A DNA stretch of 64,000 nt from assembly GCA_965140445.1 (NCBI GenBank), contig OZ223236.1, positions 1,664,001-1,728,000 of the forward strand. The letters are read 5' to 3'. Source of the DNA: Candidatus Ozemobacteraceae bacterium. Lineage in GTDB: Bacteria; Muiribacteriota; Ozemobacteria; Ozemobacterales; Ozemobacteraceae. Below are positions 40,234 to 49,175 of this stretch, in pieces (within the stretch, counting starts at the first letter, position 1; each line of letters begins with the position of its first letter). The notes under the pieces were generated by a model. It had not been told where the DNA came from. It did no database searches and saw only the letters and a program-made list of their open reading frames with translations. A program made the translations under genes and the position numbers.

Positions 40234-43200
40234 TTATATCCACCAATTCGTAGACATCAACTGGAAGTTTTTTCCCTTTTATTGCGACTTTCCCCACCAG
40301 GTTAGATTTTATTTCAGTGTCTGCGATTTTACTTAATTCAGATGAAATAATGATTCTCTGAGCTTTTGAGCTATGAGAAAAGGACTCCAGGCGAGCAGCT
40401 AAATTCACTGTGTCACCAATTACAGTAAAATCCATTCTTCCCATTTTTGATCCAATTTTTCCTCTGATAACTTCACCAAAAGAAATTCCTACACCTATTT
40501 TTATTGTGGGAATATTGTTTTCTATTAATTTTTTATTTACTTTTTCCACTCTATTTCTCATTTCTAGAGCGGCTTTACAAGCATTTTTACAGTTTTGTTG
40601 CTCTGAGTCTGAGCTTGAAAAAACTGCCATTATAGCATCTCCAATATACTTATCTATGGCTCCGTTATTCCCTGGAATGCACGGTTCCATTTCAGCAAAA
40701 AATAGATTTAGGAGAAGAATTAATTTTTCAGGGGAAGTATTTTGGCAAAGATCACTAAAATTTCTAATATGAGAAAATAGCACAACAACGTTTCTGCGCT
40801 CACTTTTATGCTCCTGAAGACTTATGCTTTCTTCTTCAATTGACTTTGCGACATCCGAAGAAATAAAGCGCTCCAGCAATTTTCTTTCTTTGAGCCCATC
40901 AATCATTAGATTGAACTCACTTATAACTTTAGAAAGTTCGAATCCGTGTTTAAAATCAATTTTTGGATATACACCCTCGCTAAGATACTTTGTTCCCTCA
41001 AGAAGCGCGTCAATCGGTTTTATGAAAATATCTGAAAGGGAGCTTACCAGAATTGATATCATAAAAACCAGATATAAAATGATTATTAGTAAGACAATAT
41101 TCAGTAATAAGTCGTCTGAAACTGTTGATGTAAAAGTTGACTTTGAAACAGCGACAAGAGGAAAACCAAAAATTTTTCGGGCAGCAAAAATAGTTGGGAG
41201 TCCGTCTTCTGAGTAATCAATCCAGGAAATCTGATTTTGTTTTCCCAAAATTCTATTTGCCGCTGTAACCATTTGATGATCTTTATTGGCATTTCTGGGC
41301 CATGAATCATTTAGAGCTAATTCCTGGGAGTCAAGATCGTTAGTAGAGAAGATAGAAGTTCTGGTAAGAATGCCGTTGTCTCTATTTAGAAAAAATCTCC
41401 AACTATCTGGTTGTTTTGTTAAATAATCAGAAGCAATTTTTTTTATGTTTTGGATAAAAATGATTATTGCCGATTTGCTATTTTGGGATTTTTTTGAAAA
41501 CAAATTGAACGAAATCATTCTGTAATAGCTTCTATCTGACTTTTCGGTTTCAAAATATTCGCCGTCCTGGCAACAAAATGAATCTCTATCAATATTTTCA
41601 AATACTTTCCCGTAGGCTAAAAGCTTTTTTCCCTTTGGTGTTTTTCGAATTTTTTCAAAATATTTTCCATGCAAAATTCCCATCTCTTGAAATATTCCAA
41701 AGATGTTGCCTTGAGAAATTTCATTAAAAAAGAGAAGTTGATCTCTATCTTTGCCATAAACTTCTTTAACTGGTGGGAATTTTTCAATAATAAGACCATC
41801 ATTTCGTTGAAAGGTACACCCTGTAAAAAGTTTTCCCATATTTTTATCAATTTCAGATTCAATGAGCTTTGAATCTCCATCTACCTTGTTTCTAAGGTTT
41901 TCCTTAAAACTAGCTAATTTTTGTTTCTGAAGCTCATCATAATTTTTTAGATTTAATTCAAGAAGGTGCAGATTTTGAATTAGCGACTGCTGATGGCTAT
42001 TTAGCCGGGATGCTTTTAGGAAATAAACATACTTTTGGGAAAGAACTATGAAGAGAGCTATTGGAAGAATTGTTGATGTGATTATTGCTAAGAATAGTTT
42101 TGAATGAATTTTGAGCTTTATTGTTTTTTTCTCGCAAAATAGTTTTAAAGCAGAGAGGGAGAGAAAAGCAAAGACCAATAAAGCAATGCTTATCTCTCCT
42201 TTAAATTTATAAAGAAAAATTTTGTCTGGATTTTCAAAAATCTTACTTTTAAGGAATAGGTATTTTGCTGGATAGGTCCAAAGTTCCTTTTTATAGTAGT
42301 TTTTTGTGAATAGATCTTTTCCTTTATGTGAGCCAATTCGCATAAAACTATTTGGCAATGGTGCGATTGAGTTAAAGTAGCCTTTTGGGGCTTCGAAAAC
42401 ATTAAGGGGCTTAGTTGTTTTGTAATAAGAAAAGCTTCTTGAAATATTTTGAGGTTTTAGATAATTGGTAGCCCATTTTAAATGTTTCTTTCTGGAAATT
42501 TCTGATTCTGAAAAAGCAATAAAATATCCTATTGCATTTCCTTTATCGACAAGCTTTTCTGGAAAAAAGCAAAAATAGGAAAAGACTCTCATTCCTCCAT
42601 GTTTTTCAGAAAAACTGCCAAGTATTTTTCGATTTTTTTGAGGTAGAATTGTGTATTTGCCTAAGAGTGTTCTAGAAATTTGTGTTAGCAATTTTGGCGA
42701 TTCAAGCTTCTTATTTGGGCTGGTTGATTTTTTTAAAAGGTGATTCATAAGGCGTCGCAAAGCTGAAAAACCCACAAGCTTAAATTCATTTTCGTTTTTT
42801 TTGTTAAAAAACCGCGTTATATTTTTTTTATCTTGTGAAAGAGTAAAAAGCATTGTAGGTAGAGAGCCGAATCTTTCTTTAAACTCTTTTAAAATTTGTG
42901 TTTCAAGAGTTTTACAGTCGAGGTTAGATGGAAGTCCTTGATAGGAAAATGTTTTATCTAAGTCTTTAAAAGGAAGTTTTAATTTGGACTCTAAATCTGC
43001 AAATTGCCATTCTAGAAAGTTTTCAATTTTTAAGTTTTCTATGAATTTGTTGTTATCTTCATTCAAGAGGATAGTTGTTGTTGAATGAAGCTTTTTCAGT
43101 TGTTGTTCAACATAAACGTTAAGGATTAGTTTGCCGAGTAACACAGGAATAAAAATTACGAAAAACCAGAATAAAACAGCTCTTTTTAGGGTGGGGGATT

Positions 43201-43249
43201 CGCTTGCAAGAACAACTCTCATTGCATTTCCATTCTGAGTTTTACTCAT
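40226..43249 (-). CDS. 4-TM HAMP class III cyclase, C2-like half
   Basis: FSHIRNFS (Asp->His), DKYIGDA, DFTVIGDTVNLAARLE, IKGK. Confidence 0.85.
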   Translation of the reverse strand: MSKTQNGNAMRVVLASESPTLKRAVLFWFFVIFIPVLLGKLILNVYVEQQLKKLHSTTTILLNEDNNKFIENLKIENFLEWQFADLESKLKLPFKDLDKTFSYQGLPSNLDCKTLETQILKEFKERFGSLPTMLFTLSQDKKNITRFFNKKNENEFKLVGFSALRRLMNHLLKKSTSPNKKLESPKLLTQISRTLLGKYTILPQKNRKILGSFSEKHGGMRVFSYFCFFPEKLVDKGNAIGYFIAFSESEISRKKHLKWATNYLKPQNISRSFSYYKTTKPLNVFEAPKGYFNSIAPLPNSFMRIGSHKGKDLFTKNYYKKELWTYPAKYLFLKSKIFENPDKIFLYKFKGEISIALLVFAFLSLSALKLFCEKKTIKLKIHSKLFLAIITSTILPIALFIVLSQKYVYFLKASRLNSHQQSLIQNLHLLELNLKNYDELQKQKLASFKENLRNKVDGDSKLIESEIDKNMGKLFTGCTFQRNDGLIIEKFPPVKEVYGKDRDQLLFFNEISQGNIFGIFQEMGILHGKYFEKIRKTPKGKKLLAYGKVFENIDRDSFCCQDGEYFETEKSDRSYYRMISFNLFSKKSQNSKSAIIIFIQNIKKIASDYLTKQPDSWRFFLNRDNGILTRTSIFSTNDLDSQELALNDSWPRNANKDHQMVTAANRILGKQNQISWIDYSEDGLPTIFAARKIFGFPLVAVSKSTFTSTVSDDLLLNIVLLIIILYLVFMISILVSSLSDIFIKPIDALLEGTKYLSEGVYPKIDFKHGFELSKVISEFNLMIDGLKERKLLERFISSDVAKSIEEESISLQEHKSERRNVVVLFSHIRNFSDLCQNTSPEKLILLLNLFFAEMEPCIPGNNGAIDKYIGDAIMAVFSSSDSEQQNCKNACKAALEMRNRVEKVNKKLIENNIPTIKIGVGISFGEVIRGKIGSKMGRMDFTVIGDTVNLAARLESFSHSSKAQRIIISSELSKIADTEIKSNLVGKVAIKGKKLPVDVYELVDINV

Positions 43250-46178
43250 TTAAAGATGATTCCCCTATGATTGCGAATAGTTTTTCAGAAGCTTTTTGTT
43301 GCCCCAATTGTGAAAATTCTTTAAAAACAAAATTTTTGCCCAGTTTATGCAACGCACTAGAATCTATCAAAATATTAGATTCTTCACAATTTTTAGTAAG
43401 TGCCTCAATTTGCTGTGCTATCTTAATTGGCCGCCCCAGAATTGCTGAATCAATTTGTCCTGTCTTTGAGCCAGTCACTCCCGTTACGACTTGTCCATAT
43501 GAAAGACCTACTCCGTTATCAATTACAAATTTATTTTGTTCAGCTCTGAGTTTATTAAACTTTTTCATTTGCGATTGCATTTCCAGAGCAGCTTTGACAG
43601 CTGGAATAACAGAATTCTGGTTTTCTTCCTGATAAAACACTGCTTGAATTGCATCTCCAATCAGTTTGTCTATCCTTCCACCATAGGATTTAATGACACG
43701 AATCATAATGGTAAAGTAGTCATTTAACATTCCTACAACTTCTTCCGGACTATGTTCTTCTGAAATAGTTGTGAAGTTGCGTATGTCTGCAAATAAAATT
43801 GTCGCATGTACCCTTTTGCTTAACCCTGTCTCTAACTCTGTTGTGCTGCTTTCAACCAATTCAACCACGTCTTCTGACACAAGTTGGGACATTGCTTTTT
43901 TCTCATGGAGGCTTGAGGCCAAATTATTAAAGGATTTTGCCAGTTCTGAGAATTCATCATTAGTATTTACCTCAATTTTCCATGAGAAATCTTCTGATTG
44001 CATATGTTTTATGGCTGTTTGAAATGCTGGAATTGGAAGTAAAAGCGCTTTTAAAAAAATATTGCTCAGGAAATTAATCGAGAAAACAGCGATCAGTATA
44101 CCAATGAAAATAAATGTTGAAGCCTTTTCCATTGTATTTTCCGGGGAAACAATTGTAAAAGCTGTTACCATAAAATCCTTTTCCCCAATTGCTCTGGTTA
44201 ATGAAATTTTTGTTTTTCCATTTTGATATCGATTAAAAGAAATTGATTTTTTTTCATCAAAGGCTTTCTTTTCAGAACTTATTTCGTCATTTTGTTTTGA
44301 AACATATTGAAAGAAGCAATCGCCTTTTTGTTCAGATACACCCTCACTAAGCGTTTTTTTGATTTGAAATGAGTATTTGAATTTGCGATCTTCCGGGTAA
44401 TTGCTTTCTAGATAAGCTTTGAACGATGATTGTGTGCGGCTGACATTAGAGAAAAAAGTTAAAACTCCATCTGGGATTTTATCGTTATTTAGGTCAACGA
44501 GATGAAGAATGCTTCTCGCATTACTTTGAGTTATTGGATTTGGCACCATTAGGCCAATGTTAAGGTAGAACTTAAACAATTCTGAAAGATTAAAAATCTG
44601 TGAGAGAATTTCCTTTGAAAAGCTAGCTTGTTGACGGATCTTATTTTTTTCATTAAATGGCAAATGTTTGAAAAAACCCATTTCCAGCATTGTTTCTTTC
44701 AAAAAATTTCTTAATGGAATTTTAAGCTTTACCACAGCTTCATCTGCTACAATATTTGAATATAAGAGGGTTCTCCCCTTAGGACCTATGCCCATAAGAT
44801 TCTTAAAAGGTAACTTGATTTGACGCTGTAAATAAAAGTTCTTTGTCATGACTGCAATTTTAGATAAGTCTTCAAGCCCGGTTTTTTCAATTGAAATGGA
44901 AACTATGTTTGCAAGTAGCTGAAATCTATCCAATTCAAATTTAAATCGACTTTCCAGATTTGAAATAAAAAGCTCCAAATCTGCTACTTCATTATTTAAA
45001 AATGCAGATTTCTCTTGGTCATATTGCTTTAAACCAATGGTTAGCAGGAAAAAAATTGGAATCAGGGATATCGCAAAAATATGAATTTTGATCTCTCGCT
45101 CAAGATTTATGAGATTATGGGAAAATCTTTCAAGCAAGTAGCCTGTTAAAAAAAGAAAGCTAATCCCAATAAGAATCGAAATAATTCCCTGAAAATATTT
45201 GCATACTTGAATGAATGAAAAATTTCCTGTTTTTAATTCTTTTGAGAGCAAAATAGCAGTATCTGAACTGGAGGCACCTGGCGAGAAATCTTCAGCAATA
45301 AAAACCTTGTTGTTATCCTCCCATGTCCTGGTTCCACTAATCTTAGCTCCAGGTTTAAACCCAACTTTTACCCCAGAGGTTTTACCTAGTTGTGCAGCAG
45401 CTTGCATTTTCAATTTTGTTGGAATCTTACTACTATCTATAGCAAATATAACAAAGGCTGTTGCTTCATTTTTTTGTATAACAGGGAAAATAAAGAAATC
45501 CAGGACAGATTTACTTGTTAGTGAGAAACGTCGGGAGTGTTTTACTGGGAATCTTAGAATCCCTCGAACTAACCCCAGGGATTTATAAAAAAATTCAGAT
45601 TCACTAACACTCCAGATTTTCCTCGGAGCATTTTCTCCCGCCTCGAATTTCTTTTTTAACAATTTAAAGTTTTTAGTTTGTACAATTCTTAATTTTTCTG
45701 AATTCACCAAATTGCTATCTGAATTATTGTAAAAATGGAATTGATTTTTTGGATTATTTGTTGCAATAAAGAGATATTCTGGGTCTACTCCAATAGTATT
45801 TTTTATAGTCTTTTTCAGTTTTAAAAAACTGGAAAAATCAATTTTCCCCACTAGTTTTTGAACTAAAACGTGTTCTTGGTATTTTGGGTTGAGAGTATTT
45901 TTTATTTGAAATTCTTCTATAAAATCAACAAGGCTCTCAAAAGATAATTTCGTTTTAACAAAATTATTATTATCTGTAGCTAATCTGATTTCTGAGGCTA
46001 TTCTTTTAAGCTCCTTACTATTTGAAATTGAAATTTTTTCTCTTTCAGCTTCATACACAGCCTGCAAAAATTGTTTCAAAACTAGAGATGGAATCAAAAA
46101 AATCAATATCCATAGAACTAAAACGTATAGTTTTTTGTATTTGTTGGAGTTTATTTTGGTTGGGTTTTCTATTTTCAT
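43242..46178 (-). CDS. 4-TM HAMP class III cyclase, C1-like half
   Basis: FADIRNFT and DKLIGDAIQ intact. DSAILGRPIKIAQQIE (T, N and R lost), no KGK. Confidence 0.85.
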   Translation of the reverse strand: MKIENPTKINSNKYKKLYVLVLWILIFLIPSLVLKQFLQAVYEAEREKISISNSKELKRIASEIRLATDNNNFVKTKLSFESLVDFIEEFQIKNTLNPKYQEHVLVQKLVGKIDFSSFLKLKKTIKNTIGVDPEYLFIATNNPKNQFHFYNNSDSNLVNSEKLRIVQTKNFKLLKKKFEAGENAPRKIWSVSESEFFYKSLGLVRGILRFPVKHSRRFSLTSKSVLDFFIFPVIQKNEATAFVIFAIDSSKIPTKLKMQAAAQLGKTSGVKVGFKPGAKISGTRTWEDNNKVFIAEDFSPGASSSDTAILLSKELKTGNFSFIQVCKYFQGIISILIGISFLFLTGYLLERFSHNLINLEREIKIHIFAISLIPIFFLLTIGLKQYDQEKSAFLNNEVADLELFISNLESRFKFELDRFQLLANIVSISIEKTGLEDLSKIAVMTKNFYLQRQIKLPFKNLMGIGPKGRTLLYSNIVADEAVVKLKIPLRNFLKETMLEMGFFKHLPFNEKNKIRQQASFSKEILSQIFNLSELFKFYLNIGLMVPNPITQSNARSILHLVDLNNDKIPDGVLTFFSNVSRTQSSFKAYLESNYPEDRKFKYSFQIKKTLSEGVSEQKGDCFFQYVSKQNDEISSEKKAFDEKKSISFNRYQNGKTKISLTRAIGEKDFMVTAFTIVSPENTMEKASTFIFIGILIAVFSINFLSNIFLKALLLPIPAFQTAIKHMQSEDFSWKIEVNTNDEFSELAKSFNNLASSLHEKKAMSQLVSEDVVELVESSTTELETGLSKRVHATILFADIRNFTTISEEHSPEEVVGMLNDYFTIMIRVIKSYGGRIDKLIGDAIQAVFYQEENQNSVIPAVKAALEMQSQMKKFNKLRAEQNKFVIDNGVGLSYGQVVTGVTGSKTGQIDSAILGRPIKIAQQIEALTKNCEESNILIDSSALHKLGKNFVFKEFSQLGQQKASEKLFAIIGESSLNE

Positions 46179-46181
46179 TTG

Positions 46182-49169
46182 TTAACTACATTTCCCTGAT
46201 AACCCATGTATGCTAACTGGGTCTTTCTTGCCCTTAATTGGGATTTTCCCAATTATAGAGTATTCAAAACTATTATCTGTTTTTTGCATAACGGATTCTG
46301 AAACAAGACAAAAAAAATCAGGAAATGAATGACTTGTAGATTCCAATCTGGCTGCTAAATTTACTGAATCTCCTATAACCGTAAAATCCTTTCTGTAATC
46401 ACGGGAGCCAATTTTTCCCGTAATAACGATTCCGTTGGCTATTCCAATTCCAAAATCAATTGCCGGAAGTTCCATATCTGCTAACTCAGAATTCAGGCTG
46501 GCAAGATTTTTTTTCATTTCAATAGCAACTTTGCAGCTCATATATTCAGGAGATTTGTTTCCAACTTTTTCAGAAAAAGTAACCATCATAGCGTCGCCTA
46601 TATACTTATCTATTTCACCACTTTGTGAGCGTACTATGGGTTCCATTTTTCCGAAAAAAGCATTAAGCAAACTCATGACTTTTTCTGGAGGTAAGTTATC
46701 TACCAGATTATCAAAATCAGATATGTGGGTAAAAAGGATGACCTTGTGACTTTTTTCCAGTCTCTCTTCATTTGAGACAATCATATTTGTTGTTTCTTCA
46801 GATAAAAATCTTTCTAGCAGTTTCCTTTTCTTAAAGCCATCAATCATTTGGTTAAAGCTTTTAATGATCTCTCCCAGTTCATTTTCTTTCAGAACTGGAA
46901 CAGGTAATAGTGAACCTTGCTGGAGTGTATTTGAAGACTTTTTTAACATTTGGATAGGTGTTAGGAAACTATCTGAAAGCAATGACGCAATCAAACTGAA
47001 GACTATCAAAGCATAAAAAATTGCGAATATTTTTACTAATGAAAGCATGCTACTTTGAACCATTAGTGCTGTCATTTCTTGTGAGATGACCGTCACTACA
47101 GGGTATTCAATGTTCGCTCTTGCTGACCAGAGAGTGCTAAAGCCATTTATGCCGGCACTTTTCCACTTTTTGTAGGATTCATTTGGAGAAATGTTTTTTA
47201 CTGCTTCAATAAAATTTGGTTTGTTTTTCGTTTCTGCTGGCCATGATTGTAGAATTTGAAATTCCTTACTTATAGAGCTTTCATTTGTTTCAACCTCAAA
47301 AGCGCACATGCTTTGGTTTGAGTGCCTTTTTTCATTAGAGTTGAACCATAAACTTGTCGAGGACAAATTTAGAAATTCTTTGAGCATTTCCTTTTTATTT
47401 AAAAAAGAAAGAATTGTATAGCAAAACTGATTCTTTTTATGTCTTGTAGGAAAATGAAATGATGGGATAACCTGTAAGCTGGTGTTTTCTGTTTGAGCTA
47501 GTGCTAGAGGTTTTCCGTTTGAGAGTAAAAAAGAGTCAATATCGGTTGAATTAATTGCTTCTGCAAAAACATCAATTCCTTTAAGTTTTGATTTTAGCCT
47601 GTCCTTCGCTTTTTGATTGGCATCTCCATTGTAGGTAAGAATTCGTAAGCCAATACTCAGGAATATTTTTTCCAAAAAAGCAAATTGATTATTTATGTTC
47701 TCTTGATTTCTAAGTTTTGGAAAAATTTCTGAAACAAACTGGCCATCATTTCTTAAAATAATAAATGCAGGATTGATATCAGTGAGATTTTTTCTGACAC
47801 ACCTCTCTAGATCTTTGATATTGGCACTTTTGATCGAAATAAATTCATCAACTATTTTGGTTAGTTTTTTTCTTTTCTCATCGTAGAAAGCGTTTAATTT
47901 GGAGTCAAATGCGTCATGTTGCAACAATAGCCTTTCTCCAATTGTTTTTGTGATGGCTTCTTGCTGATTATTTTCGTAAAAGTTTAGGCTATAAAAAAGA
48001 AATATACCTGGGAAGAAAAGGATCAGAAGAATATTTAGCCATAGCCTGGTCTGGATGCTTAAAACAAAATGGGAAAGGAATTCTGACTTAAACGAAAACG
48101 CAATTGCCAAAAAAGCTAATACCAGTGCTGAAAATGATGTTGGGCTTTTCCAGTTTTCAATTAATAGATTTGGAATTGGTAGAGATAATTCAATCAAAGG
48201 ATATTTTGCGGGGCTTTCGCTAAGTTTTCCATCCTTTATCATTTGAGTGGCCAGATCTTTCAATTTAAATGAATTTTGCTTTAGGACTCTAAATGGAATA
48301 GGAGAAGTTAGTGAGAGTCGTTTCCCTTTTTGGGAAAAGCCCAGCTTTTGTTTCACTGGCAATAATTTTAACCTTTTTCTTGTTTCAGAATAGACTGATC
48401 TATTTAAAGCATTCGCTATGAGTTTTTTTGCTTTAAACTGGCTTTCACAAAAAGCACAGAAAACGCTGGTTTTGTTTTTATTGTTATTAGTTTTAAAGTT
48501 TTTAAAAGAAAGGTAAAGCCTTTCTCCATTAAATTTTTCTGTAAAAACTGTATTGGCTTTTCCTTCAATAAACTTTGGAGTAACGTATTTTCCAAGGAGA
48601 TTCGATAAAATACGTTTAAATTTCTTTGTTTCGCTCTGGCTACTTAAATTGTCTTCTAACAGGCGATTTATAAAGCTTTTTATGGTGACTTTTCCAGGCT
48701 TAGAAAGTCCATGAAAGTATTTGTTATCAGCATAGCTTAAATACTTGTCTTTAGCAGGAGTTCCAATAAAAATCAAAATAGGAGAAAAGCCAATTTCATT
48801 CTTAAAGGCACTTTTTACGTTTTTTAGAAGCTTGGACTCCAATTCGAGCGAGTTTTCTTGTCCAATAAGCTTTTGTCCATGAGAGTTGTTTGTTTCTAAC
48901 AAAAGATTTTTTTGAATCTTATTAAATGAAAATTCTATGAAGTCTTTTACATTGCAGAATTCAATGAAATGGGAAAGCTCTTTTTTCAATTTATCCTGAA
49001 TTGCATATTGTTGAATTCGTTTTTCCTGATGAATTTGAAAGTTTAAAAGGCATTTGGCGAAAAGAATTGGCAAAATCACTAAGATAAAACTAAAAGCAAA
49101 TTTCTTTGAAATGGAAATCTTACTTTCTTTTATTCTTTTGTATTCTCTAAATGCTACTCGTTTATTCAA
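46182..49169 (-). CDS. 4-TM HAMP class III cyclase, C2-like half
   Basis: FTHISDF (Asp->His), DKYIGDA, DFTVIGDSVNLAARLE, IKGK. TTG start. Confidence 0.85.
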   Translation of the reverse strand: MNKRVAFREYKRIKESKISISKKFAFSFILVILPILFAKCLLNFQIHQEKRIQQYAIQDKLKKELSHFIEFCNVKDFIEFSFNKIQKNLLLETNNSHGQKLIGQENSLELESKLLKNVKSAFKNEIGFSPILIFIGTPAKDKYLSYADNKYFHGLSKPGKVTIKSFINRLLEDNLSSQSETKKFKRILSNLLGKYVTPKFIEGKANTVFTEKFNGERLYLSFKNFKTNNNKNKTSVFCAFCESQFKAKKLIANALNRSVYSETRKRLKLLPVKQKLGFSQKGKRLSLTSPIPFRVLKQNSFKLKDLATQMIKDGKLSESPAKYPLIELSLPIPNLLIENWKSPTSFSALVLAFLAIAFSFKSEFLSHFVLSIQTRLWLNILLILFFPGIFLFYSLNFYENNQQEAITKTIGERLLLQHDAFDSKLNAFYDEKRKKLTKIVDEFISIKSANIKDLERCVRKNLTDINPAFIILRNDGQFVSEIFPKLRNQENINNQFAFLEKIFLSIGLRILTYNGDANQKAKDRLKSKLKGIDVFAEAINSTDIDSFLLSNGKPLALAQTENTSLQVIPSFHFPTRHKKNQFCYTILSFLNKKEMLKEFLNLSSTSLWFNSNEKRHSNQSMCAFEVETNESSISKEFQILQSWPAETKNKPNFIEAVKNISPNESYKKWKSAGINGFSTLWSARANIEYPVVTVISQEMTALMVQSSMLSLVKIFAIFYALIVFSLIASLLSDSFLTPIQMLKKSSNTLQQGSLLPVPVLKENELGEIIKSFNQMIDGFKKRKLLERFLSEETTNMIVSNEERLEKSHKVILFTHISDFDNLVDNLPPEKVMSLLNAFFGKMEPIVRSQSGEIDKYIGDAMMVTFSEKVGNKSPEYMSCKVAIEMKKNLASLNSELADMELPAIDFGIGIANGIVITGKIGSRDYRKDFTVIGDSVNLAARLESTSHSFPDFFCLVSESVMQKTDNSFEYSIIGKIPIKGKKDPVSIHGLSGKCS

Positions 49170-49175
49170 AAAAAA

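Noticed and set aside
31336..49169. Cyclase array as decaying pseudogenes or as a Pycsar/CBASS defence system
   Set aside because: ORFs are intact and coupled, and the losses are reciprocal rather than random. They are HAMP receptors with purine-type K/T residues and no adjacent TIR or TM-cNMP effector.
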